Source of the DNA: Paecilomyces variotii
Taxonomy: Eukaryota
Assembly: GCA_004022145.1 (NCBI GenBank)
Contig: RCNU01000002.1
Direction: 5' to 3' (one strand)
DNA length: 64,000 nucleotides
A program made the translations under genes and the position numbers. The notes beneath the pieces are model-generated. The model worked only from the letters and a program-made list of their open reading frames with translations, had not been told where the DNA came from and searched no databases. Positions 52,688-64,000 of the stretch are shown piece by piece. Position 1 is the first letter of the stretch, and every line of letters starts with the position of its first letter.

Positions 52688-54218
52688 TCATTTCCCAGTG
52701 CTACCATTCGAGGAGAGCACGCCCTCCCCGCGGTTGATCTGGATTCTCTTGTCTTCTCCGGCACTGACGATGCCTACTGTCTTGTCCCAGCAAACGCTGA
52801 ACACCTTGACACCCTCGCCTCCGACACGCTTGGAATCGGCCTTTCCTTCCTCTTCCAAGCTCTTTCGCGAAATAGTATAAATGCTCTCGCCAACAACGCC
52901 ATCCTTCTCCGTCTTGGTAGATCGAATATCCCAGATGCGACATGTACCGTCATGACTACCACTGATAAGGCCGTACGTGCTGTGAGGGTCGCGATGGAGA
53001 GATACAACGGCATTGGTGTGCCCTCGTAGCGTCATAGCTGAGATTGTTGTGGCAGATACACGAGGATCGATAAGAGTGATGTGGCGGGCAGACGTTCCAG
53101 CCGCGAGAAGATGAAGGTCAGGGAGATGCTCGAGTGACAAAAGGGAATGGGACGTCGAGCGCGTATCTACCAGTGCAGAGGTAACCAGATCCCATGTACG
53201 CAATGAGTGATCCCATGATGCAGAGTATCCGACAGTCGAGTCTTTTGCGTCGAAGATAGCAGCCGATACTGGTCCAGTGTGACCAGACATCAAGGAAAGC
53301 GGTCCGCGCTGTGGGGTTGTCACAGAAGAGTTCAACTTCCGGCGCTTTGAGCTTCGAGCAGCGTTAGACGGCAACAGGTTCTCCGGAGCAGCTGGTGCGT
53401 CCGACTTCTTCGTCGACCAGAATCCAACGGTGTGGTCCGAGGAAGCAGACAGAATGCGGTTCGAGGGGCCATGCACCGCCAACGAGTTGATACCTGATCT
53501 ATGCCCATATAGATCTAGTTGTGGAGAAATCTTTCCAGAAAATCCATCTTCTTCGGCATACTTCCACAATTTCACCGTCCGATCCAAGCCTGCGGATGCG
53601 ATCTGAGTTGGCGACACGAATTTTGCCGCCTTGACGGACGCTGAGTGACCGCCATCAGCAACGGAGGGAGAGACCGCGATTGTCTGAGACGACATATTCC
53701 ATATCCGTAGGAGACCATCGTAGCTTCCAGAAAGAATCCTTTCTTGTCCTTGCGAAACCTGAGCAGAAGACGTCCAGGATGCGGCCGGGGCAGTCGTAGA
53801 AAGCACATCAACGGAGCTGACCCAGTCATCGTGTAAAAAGGATGCGACATGGAGCGGAGGCACCAGTGCCCGCACATACTCGACTTCAAGAGTGGTTTCA
53901 GCAGAGATGCCGTTCGCAGTTAGGTATTCGTCGATCGATGTGCGAAGATACGTCCCGTTGACCAAGAATTCGAAAGGAACGGGTTTCTCGTTACTCAGCA
54001 GGTTATTCACAAGGGTCGAGAGCGCATATCTTCGCAAACCTGGAATATCACTTTATCAGCATTTGATTAATAGATCGTTCATGGTTTAGTCGCGGTTTAC
54101 CTGTGGGCACAAGAATAGATCCAGTATTTTCCGGCAACGCAAATTCAGCGTCTCTGGTCGTTAGCTGCAAGCGCACCTGCCTCTGGGCAGGCTGCGCAGA
54201 TGCTGTAATTCCCTCCAT
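52688..54218 (-). CDS. YTM1: Ribosome biogenesis WD40 protein Ytm1 (WDR12)
   Basis: N-terminal UBL/NLE domain (QVRLQLTT...[14 protein letters not shown]...[14 protein letters not shown]), LHDDWVSSV, and multiple WD repeats ([24 protein letters not shown]). Confidence 0.96.
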
Positions 54219-54520
54219 AATTGCCGCAAAAGGAGCCGACAGTATATCTTCGTCCTAAGGAAATCCAGTATGAAAACTGAAACTGCCGCGGCGTCTACTA
54301 CCAGAAAGCTCGTGAGGAAAAAATACGGCGACCGGGGCGGCCACTTGTGCAACGGCGGTCCCGCGCCGATTCGTTCAATCTATTATTTACTCTTTTAGAA
54401 TAAGAAGCCAAAGTCAACTGAGTTGCTGAGAGCATGTCCCTCGCAAATTGTCTTTCTGATGAATCATGACATTATAATATCCTAGTGGACCCTAGTAGTA
54501 GACTATTTTGAGTCGACCCA

Positions 54521-57173
54521 TCATGACCTTCGAATTTCCGCAATGGCTCTTCGTCGATGTTCTGATTCGGCAAATAAAGCCTCTATCAGATCGATCACTT
54601 CTTCGGGCGAAAATTCCAGTCGCAATTCGCCCTCGAGCCAAAGGAACTTGATATCAGCAAGTGAACTTTCGAGAATATTGATCAGATACTGGAATTTCAA
54701 CCAGTTTCTGACGTAGACTGCTGTCATCGGCACGGCTTCAGTATCCCCACTAGTTTCGGGCATGAAGAGAGCTTCGAGTGTTGTGACCTGATTGCAAAAA
54801 GACACTAGCCTCTGGGACTCTGGCTCCGAGATATCACCAAGGTCTTCAACATCAACAATGATCTTGTTGATTACCGTCGAAAGTAGCGAACCCACTGACT
54901 GAAGGAGCGCTGAGTGTGAAAGTATTGATTTCCATTCTTTGTAGACGTCCCGTATTCGATCAACAGTCGCGCTGACCGCATTTTCACATTCACCAAGGAA
55001 AGGCTGCTGGGAGCAGTTACCGAATCCTTGGGCCCCATCAAGCAAATCTATGAGGATTGTGCGCTGTGTCTGCATCTCTTTGCTGTATGATAGTTTGCCG
55101 AATTTCTCAAGCCCATCGACATCGGAACTTAGCCTGTTGAATTTACGTTCTTCCACGATGTTCCGTATCTGTTCCGCCAGGAACATGCTATCGTTATAAA
55201 GATACATGTGACCTGCGTTCAGCTTCAGGGTATAAAACGTGGGTGCCGTGGCTCGGAACATAGCCAGAATTAGAGTCGGTAGAGCCAAGAGGCCAGCTGC
55301 TGACGAAGCGACTCGAGATGTGGTAAACCTAGAATATTGTGAGTTACAATTCACGTTGCATGATACTGTGGACTTACTCTTCTTGCGATAGATTGTGCGA
55401 GTCGGTGATTTGTCGCACAACAGTTGCAAGAATCGAGTCGGGGATATCTGTTACCGTATAATATTCTCTCAAAGTAATCTCCCGTTCCGCAGGAGCATGC
55501 TTATCACTTCTCCCGTTAACCTGCTTTAAACTTGCAGCAGTGGGAGGCGCTTGCATGCTTTCACCCTTGTCGAGTTCTTGTTCCTCGTCGTCGCCCCAAC
55601 CCCAGGCATCTTCGGCCTCATCGTCCTCGGGGGACTCTCCCGCGATAGGCTCGTCAACTTTTGTATCACCATCATCTTCATCCAGACCCCAAGCGCTGAC
55701 GTCTTCCTCATCCTCTGCGCTATGTTTTGCATTTGCGTCGTTCGTGGCCTCTTCATTCTCATTTTCCCAACTCGCATCCCAATCATCCGTTGCACCGCCT
55801 TCCAGCAAGGCTTCGTTTTCGCTCGATACCTTCTCCTTTTCCACCCTCTCGACTTTTCTCGTCGTGCCTTTGCTATCTGCCAAAGCTTTACGAACCTCGT
55901 CAAGAGAGCTGACTCGTCTTCTCGCAAGCCAAAGTCGGGGGGCTTGATTAACCCAAGACACAAGTTCTGTTTGACCATTCCATCCAAACTTCTCTATAGT
56001 TTTAGAAAATTGAAGGACACGCTCCAAAGTGTCTTCATAGTCATGCAGACCGTCTAAGTCAGTAGGTATAGACGGCGAAAGCCAGGATGAAATAAGTTGT
56101 GAGCTGATGGTAGGGATGACTATCTCCGACAACCGCGCCGATATTGAAGTTGGCAGATGCTGCTTTAGATACCCTAATACTCTGGCAACGCGCTCGAGGA
56201 CCTCCGCGATGGGTGCTGTTGAGAGGGACTCAAGAAAAATACCAGATTCCTGCACAGAGACTGCGAAGCTCTTTCCTGGAAGACTTGGAAGTAGTATCAG
56301 ATTGAATATCGATGCAAGTAGATCCTTTTGAAAGGAGTCATTAATCGAATCGAGCATGTTCACTCGGGACAGTGCGATAATAGTAAGTTCCAAGGACGCA
56401 TCTACCTTTGGTCTTAGTCAATGATACCTGGTATAAATGAAAGAAGCCATTACCTTTTTGATCCGTTATAACTAGTCGGTGATTTTTCTTATCGAATTGA
56501 ACCAGCGAATCCCAGCGCACACGCAGAGCCTCTATAATCGATCGCCGCAGTCCGTTAAGACCTTCGTAGAGTATAGCCGTCACGTTACTGTTCTTAGGGA
56601 AGGCGACCTCTCCCAAGGCCTTTTCTGTATCCTCCAGCGACTCAATTGCAGCTATAACGTCTCCCTCCGCAAGCGAGGTTCGGCCAGCATCAAGGCGACA
56701 AGAAAGCTTGTGCACTTGCTCCAGTGTCTCTGTCAGAGCTTGATTGAAGGCTATTTCAGTCTTCAACAGCTCAACTTTAGCTGTGGCGTCTTCCACTTGT
56801 AGCTGGATCGGCCTCGTGTTTTCATGTTGCGCGACAATTTCCCGGGCTGTCACTCTCGATCGTTCAATATCCGCATGTAGCTGTCTGGCTTGAGCAATCC
56901 ACCCGTCTACGTCGGAGGCGTTTTCTTGACTTAGGGAGCAGATTTCTGTCTTTTTCAGGAAATACGAGTAAAATCAGCAATAGATCCGACACAATGGATA
57001 TTCTTCCTCACCTCCGCTTGCTCTCTGGATTTCGATATCCGCTCCAATTCGTCTCTAACGGCAGATGAAGGGAACTCAGATGCCACTACATCTTCCGATT
57101 CTGGATATTTCCCCTCGATCACAAAATCAAGCAGCGCTTGGCACAAGTCGCTCTCTGGAGCTTTCTGCCCCAT
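54521..57173 (-). CDS. ZW10/Dsl1-like ER-Golgi retrograde tethering / kinetochore protein (multi-exon)
   Basis: Helical rod with an acidic, Trp-containing lasso (DDWDASW, DVSAWGLD, DAWGWGDDE), YLYNDSMFL, ILIDLLDGAQGF, DLGDISEPES, WLKFQYLINILESSLADI and FSPEEVIDLIEALFAESEHR. Confidence 0.9.
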
Positions 57174-58184
57174 GTCGACGCTTGTCGAGTCAGCACAAGC
57201 TCTCCGCGCTTGCTGGACACACCAATGATGGATAGCTTCAAACGACTGTCAAGTAGCTGCAAACAAACCCTCCGGAACTGAATATAGCATGAATCTTGCA
57301 GGAAATTGCTCAATGTCACCGCTTGGACGCGATTGAAAACGAATACTTGTCGCTACGGTCGACAACATTTACTACTGAGCTGTCAACGGCGGGATGCGCT
57401 CATGCCATGTGACTTGGCGCTACCGCCTAGGAATGGCCATCAGCCATTGGTCCCTTCTTTTTAAAGAAGACTACCACGCACAAGGCCTCTATTATATCAA
57501 TGGACGCGGCAATTTGACGCCTTGATCGTATAAATCTATGTTCTAAGTTCATAGGTTATACATATTCTCCATTGGCTCTGTGAGTGGCGGGGGAGAACGT
57601 TGATTCGTCCTGATGCGTCTCAAGTAACGTTGAGTGAGCCTAAACCCGTTTGAAAAAGTCAATCACAACCACAGGAACTGAGGGATCATTGCCGGAGCTA
57701 TACGCTATATTTGAAGCTCCAGCTTGAGAATCCCACGGAAAGATCCATCGTGCTTTGTCTACACTCTGTTAAAGGACTGGTACAAGTCACTTCGACTTCG
57801 TCCAGGTGAGTAAGCGTCAAAGGTGAGGCTTATGACGCCTAATTTCCGGCCCCTCATCTACGTCAGATTTGTCTGCACCCTGAGTCTGGAGACAACTTGA
57901 GGAATTGCATGCATGTTGATATACTCTGTTCTGCGTGAATAATTTGCTTCGTTCCCTGTGCACTCAATAAGTAGATATGGACATGGTCCAGTTTCAACCC
58001 CGTTAGATGTGTGTTCAGAATCTTGCAAATCTGTTGCGGGGTCTTCTTTGTTACTGCCTTGCAACTATCTCCAGTAAAAGGAGCAAGAAGATAGCTGACA
58101 CCGAGTAGGTATTCCAAGCTGCAGCGGGGTTTAATCACTAAGTTCGTGGGACTTACTGCCCTCTCGCTCTCATCTTTACTCAAG

Positions 58185-61100
58185 ATGCCTGCTCCGGAAT
58201 ATAAGAGCTATTTTAAGCTACTTCAGAAGTTCAAGCCAGACTATTCTCCTAGCGAGTTCACCCAGTATGAGTCTGAGAGAACCGGCATGAGGGTGGTCGT
58301 TATCGACCAAAAAGGCCCTAAAGTGACTGGCTATTTTACACTTGCGACCGAGATCCATGACGACTCCGGTGCTCCTCATACCCTCGAGCATTTGTGCTTC
58401 ATGGGATCAAGGAACTACCGCTATAAGGGGTTCCTTGACAAACTTGCAACTAGGGCATATTCGAATACAAATGCTTGGACGGCCACCGATCACACCGCCT
58501 ACACACTCGATACTGCTGGATGGGCTGGCTTTTCCCAGATCCTGCCAGTATATCTCGAGCATGTGATCGCGCCTACCCTTACTGATGAGGGATGCTATAC
58601 TGAAGTCCATCATATCGATGGTACCGGACACGATGCCGGGGTGGTATACTCGGAAATGCAGGGCGTCCAGAACAATGCCGCGGAACTTATGGACTTGCGT
58701 GCTAGACGATTGCTATATCCTGAAGGCGTGGGGTTCAGATATGAAACTGGAGGAATGATGGAACAGCTGCGCGTACTGACTGCTGAACGAATTCGCCAAT
58801 TCCACCGTGATATGTACCAGCCCAAGAATCTCTGTCTCATAATCACTGGCGAAGTCGATCACGAAGATATGCTTCGGACGCTAGATAAGTTTGAAGACGG
58901 CATTCTCGATATTATCCCTAGTCCACAGGCTCCCTTTAAGAGACCCTGGGTTGAGTCTCGCCAGGCCCCGGCTCTCCCACAGTCTATCGTCGAAACCGTG
59001 GAATTTCCTGAGGACGATGAATCTTCTGGTGAGATTGAGATAAGATTTCTGGGCCCAGACTGCACAGATCCAGTACAGAGTAAGTCTCTTTTTTCCCCTC
59101 TTGTGGAAATGTCGCTGACAACAAATAGCTGGTGCCGTGAATGTTATGCTCTTGTATCTGGCAGGTTCTTCGGCTTCTCTTTTGGAGAATGTCCTTGTAG
59201 AAAAGGAGCAAGTTGCCAGCGCCGTCTACTATTCTACCGAAGATCACCCCAGCATTGAGATCCGCTTCACCTTGACCAGCGTTGCCACGGAGAAGCTGGC
59301 TCAGGTGGAGAATAGATTCTTCGAGGTCTTGAAAGATGCCATGGAGCAAGAGCTTGACATGAAGTATCTGCATGAATGTATCGAGCGCCAAAAGCGTAGC
59401 TGGAAGTTTTCCACAGAAAGCTCCGCGACATCTTTTGCCGAATATGCCATTTCCGATTTCCTGTTTGGCAAGAGAGATGGTTCCACCATGCTTGATGTCG
59501 CAAGTTTGAAAGAATATGATACCTTGGAGAAATGGAGTGAAAATGATTGGCGCAACTTCATCAAGAAGTGGATTTCCGATGCACCGCATGTTTCTATCCT
59601 GGGTGTGCCATCAGCTAAGCTCTCTGAGAAGCTGAAGAACGATGAGGAAGCAAGAGTCGCAGCACAGAAGGAGCGATTAGGACAGGACGGCCTAAAGAAG
59701 CTCGCAGAGAAACTTGCAAAAGCTCAAGCAGAAAATGACAAAGAGATCCCCCAGGAGATGCTTGCTAAGTTCAAGATTCCGCCTACGGACTCGATCCATT
59801 TCGTGGAGACGACAACTGCTCGAGCAGGGGCAGCATTAAAAGACGGACGACCAGATAACAAGATCCAGAAGCTAGTGGACAGAGACGGTTCCGACTCTCC
59901 TTTGTTCATTCATTTCGAGCATATTCCAAGTAGCTTTGTCCAGCTTTCTGTGCTTATATCTGCCGAGTCTGTCCCTGTGGAGCTTCGCCCCCTACTCGCT
60001 GTCTACATTGAAGCATTCTTCGGTCTACCGATTTCTCGAAATGGCCAGGTGATTGATTTTGAACAAGTTGTTGTTGGACTGGAAAGAGATACCGTTGGAT
60101 ATTCGATGGAGGGCGCCCGAAGCTTGGGCAACTCTGAGATGTTACGCATCTCGTTCCAGGTCGAAGTAGAGAAATACAGCACTGCCATCAACTGGTTGAA
60201 GGAGCTAGTCTGGGATTCGATCTTTGATATTGACAGGCTCAAGGCGATCACAAGTCGACTTCTGGCTGATGTTCCGGATGCCAAACGCAGCGGAGATGAC
60301 ATGCTTGCCGCGGTTCATGTCATGGTCCATTATGCTGCCGAGTCTATTGTCCGGGCGAAAAGCACTCTAGTAAAAGCTCGTTATCTGAAGCGTATCAAGA
60401 AGCTTCTCGCTACCCAGCCAGAGCTTGTCGTCTCTCGCATGGAGGATATCAGGAAGTCTCTCTTCCGCTTCGAGAACTTCCGCGTTCTGGTGATCGCTGA
60501 TATTGAGAAGCTTGCCAACCCCGTCTCATCCTGGAAGCCATTCGTGAACAAGTTGGAAAGAACCAGCTCCGTCAGACCTGTGACAAACCGGAGAGCTCTG
60601 CTCAGTGAGGCTGGAAATAACCTTGGCAAATTATCGTATGTAGTGCCGATGCCTACCATCGACTCATCTTTTGCGTATGCAACGGCTAGGGGTCTCGATT
60701 CTTACGATCACCCGAAGCTCCCAGGTTTGCTGGTGGCACTTGCTTACATGAATGCTGTCGAAGGCCCTCTGTGGGTTGCGGTGCGCGGAACAGGTCTGGC
60801 ATACGGAACAAGCTTTGCCTACAACATCGATACAGGCTTCGTCCACTTTGACGTATACCGCTCTCCAAATGCTCACAAAGCATTTGAGGCAAGCAAGAAA
60901 ATCGTCGGCGATCACGCATCTGGCGCCACTCAATTCGATGACATGATGCTTGAAGGTGCAATTAGTAGCATCGTGGTCAGCTTTGCCAATGAACAAGCCA
61001 CTATTGCCAGCGCAGCACAAGGCAGCTTCATTCGGCAGGTGATTCGGAACTTACCTAGCGACTACAAGGAAAATATTTTGAAGAAAGTCAGCGCTATCAG

Positions 61101-61458
61101 CACACAGGAGATCAATGAGGCGCTAAAGACTATCATCATGCCCCTATTCTCTCCCGAGACGTCCAACATCGTGATCACTTGTGCTCCGATTATGGAGAAG
61201 GTAAGACAGACCCGGCCACCTCCTTAGTTTCATTCAGTGCGTACTAATTCTCCTTTGCAGACCATCAAGGAAGGTCTAGAATCTTCCGGTTACAAACCCG
61301 AAGTGCAACCGCTCAAGTATTTCGAGGATGATTACGGCCTGAAGGTCGGTGATGACGATGAAGAAGACGATGATGATGAGGATGAGGATGAGGATGACGA
61401 AGAGTACGAAACTGGTTCAGAGGAAGGAGATGACGATGAATCCGAAGCTTCTGAATAG
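58185..61458 (+). CDS. Peptidase M16 family zinc metalloprotease (Sdd3/YOL098C-like), 3 exons, acidic tail
   Basis: Inverted zinc motif DDSGAPHTLEHLCFMGS (HxxEH), NAWTATDHTAY, GVVYSEMQG, and C-terminal EGPLWVAVRGTGLAYG and FDVYRSP. Introns near 59080-59129 and 61201-61260. Confidence 0.92.
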
Positions 61459-62083
61459 TTGACATAGAGTGTCCCTCGATAGATAGTCCGATGAACTTTG
61501 TCTGATCGTTCATCAATGCATTTCGTACGTCCTTTCTAATACAGGCCAGCGTAGGAAGTTCTGATGTGCTATCTAGCTATTCTTATATTACAGGATTAAG
61601 CCTATTGCGCTACCTGCCGTTTCATTGTCCGATTTTACGAGGCTAAAACCGATGAACACCAGTTCAGTATTCGAAAGAAAGCTGGCCTGAGGGAATGCGG
61701 CCAGCAGCTTCCTGCAGAATTCCATCCACTCGCATCACGTCCGCATAGCTACATGGCTGGAATGCAGCGGTGAGGTCTGCTATCAGCATACGTTAACTCC
61801 AAGGGCGGCTGTATTGTGCTTAGGCAGACTCAAAAGGCGCGATGCTTCTGCCTCAGGCGTCAGTCCGCTCATCGTCATGGTCATTATTGCCTAGCTTTCT
61901 TACTCTCTTTCCATTAAAACTTCTTTCCCTCATCTCATCCAATTGTATTACAGTCCGATTCCAGGATAACCCATTCGCAATCAAGCTTGCCAAAGGGCGT
62001 CTCTCCCCTTAATACATCAAATAGGTAGTTGACGCTTTTCCTAGTGAACAGTTCACAACAATAAGTACGTTTTAGCAACCACG

Positions 62084-63208
62084 ATGGTTAGCTCATTCAA
62101 TCGTCTTCCACTGGACGTGTGGATCATTATACTTCGATACGCGCCAGATCTTCCAACGATATATAAAATTTATCTGTGCTTCCGCGAATGCAAGTGCAGC
62201 TTTTAAAATCGACTCACCTCATATTTTGAATGCTTCAATAGAGCGCTCAATCCCAGGCTTTAAGCATGAAGCTCGTATGGTTGCTATTCTAGGCACATTT
62301 TTAGCGTCATCATCAAATTCCACCTTCGAAAGCCTAGTCCATGCGTACAAAAGTCACCCGAAAGAAGTTCTTTCAACAACTCCAGCATCTTGTGCATTTA
62401 TGAGAGGAACACCAGGCCCTCGCTACCTAGTGTTAACAGCATACCGTATAGAGACTCTTCAACATATATGCTTCATCTCTCTTCTCCATAACATCCATGA
62501 AGCTTTATGGCCCGTTCTGCCTACCGTAATACAGAGATTCATAATGACTCCATCAAAAAGTCTAAGGCTGGTATCGATTTCCAGGCTGTTGCATGGTGGT
62601 CTTTGTCCGGGGTTGAAAAGTCGCGAATTACGCGGGCATATTGGAATATAATTATTTATTGGAATATTCAGGAAATCTGTCCCGATCTGACGACAACAGA
62701 TGATGGTGATTTTTCAAAATACAGGGCAACAATCAAGCGCATCGATCCATATTTTCGACCGTATTCATGCAAGAGGTTTTCAACGAATCCAGTTGAAGAG
62801 ATGAAGTGTGTACTGGCCGCTACTCGTGATTTCTTGAGCTTTCCTCATGATTCGCGCTTATTTACTCCATTAACGATTCGCCAGTCTTCTAAATTCGGGC
62901 TTGAGAAATGGGTATTTACTACTGTTTTTCAAGAAAACCCGTGCGGGAGGTTTGAAGAACGAAAGCCGGTCAAGGGGTACAGACTTGGATTTCATATCGT
63001 TGCTTGTTTGAAGAAAAGGAGAAAACTTGCAAAGGAATTTTCCTCAGGCCATTCAAATTCGAAGCCGGGCCACGACGATCAATTTATAGACTACCTTGGA
63101 ATATGCATCTGGGACAAGCAACGACCTGATTGGGTTGCATTGGGATCAGTATTCTATTTGAGAAATACCCAGGTCCGTGTCTGGACTCGTTCTAGGGCTA
63201 TTAGATGA
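62084..63208 (+). pseudogene. F-box-like gene broken by two frameshifts
   Basis: Starts MVSSFNRLPLDVWIIILRYAPDLPTIYK. Removing one base near the A-run at ~62165-62168 restores FICASANASAAFKIDSPHILNASIERSIP. A second shift at ~62510-62575 joins the 62226 and 62507 ORFs. No obvious splice signals explain the shifts. Confidence 0.6.
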
Positions 63209-64000
63209 CCCCAAGAAGCAACTGTTATACTTTTAAATACAGCAAATACCGACAGCAGGATGTATACCCACGATAGATAGTTGGACTACCACAACCTTCG
63301 AAAGACTTGGAAGCCCGTATGCGAGAATGCGAGTCTTACATCTAGTATAATAGTACCATGATTCTGATGACTCTTTGATCATGACGAATTGGAACACATG
63401 ATTTGTCTATGATAATCCTCTAATGATAACATAGCCGTGATTGACTCTGCCGACTCTCCTGCTCCGAGAATAAAAGGCTCGTTTGCAACGTATATGCTAC
63501 CGATGGAGGTAGTCGCGTCAGGGGGTAATTCCAGCGTCATTGGGATGACAATGGTTTATATCCATGGCTTCAATGGGGAGTAACTCGGAGCTTACTGCAC
63601 AGATCTATAGGAGTCATCATACGGTAATAGGGCATTTCACCAACCACATACTCTTCTAACTCTGAGACATCGAGCAATATAACACACAAAAAAGTAAACT
63701 GAAAGATTATATACACAAATACCTCTTCTTTGTTCGAAGTATAAGGAAGGCTGTGGATTATTTTCTCACAAAACTTGGTCACATCTTGGTTCGGCCAGAT
63801 GAGCGAGTCATAACGGAGAGGAGAGTAGAAATGAGTACATAGTAACGAATCAAGATCGTGAAAGGATCTGCAGGGTCCTTCGTAGGACTATGAGGTGGGC
63901 GCTGAGATTATTATGTGAGACAATCTAGCATCGTCTTATGCGAGAATTTAAGGAATATAAAATATATATAATTCGAGAAATACCCGCGCGGAATGGTACT

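Noticed and set aside
63570-63890. Open minus-strand frame at the window end
   Set aside because: No recognisable motif or convincing start; cannot be supported from this window.
63893-63950. GG...GCTGAGATTAT resembling the start of a fungal TPP riboswitch
   Set aside because: The downstream ACTTGATC...GATAAT...AGCG core is missing and there is no adjacent thiamine gene.

Overview
Eukaryotic, intron-rich DNA from a filamentous ascomycete, probably Eurotiales (Aspergillus/Paecilomyces/Rasamsonia-like; inferred from gene set, short GT-AG introns with CTRAC branch points, and C/G-ending codon bias). A housekeeping backbone comprises pyruvate carboxylase, tRNA-Thr(AGT), clathrin heavy chain, ADE17/purH, INSIG, IES1, DED1, cyclophilin B, mitochondrial uS13 (SWS2), YTM1, ZW10/DSL1 and an M16 zinc protease. 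It is interrupted by accessory-looking genes: a carboxylesterase, an F-box protein, several small spliced genes missed by the ORF track, an STL1-like sugar porter, a TMEM16/Ist2 homologue, an FAD monooxygenase, an HNH-nuclease gene and a frameshifted F-box-like pseudogene. The most notable observations are four. (1) A hidden alternative last exon of cyclophilin B would swap the soluble ER-retention tail HNEL for a transmembrane anchor. (2) The TMEM16 homologue has a rebuilt Ca2+-binding site (E->R, D->N, E->G). (3) A strand-asymmetric multi-stem RNA structure lies downstream of the DED1 stop codon. (4) An intact HNH effector-like gene sits between DED1 and cypB. No transposase, CRISPR or rRNA was seen. 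All exon models were read by eye and are unverified.
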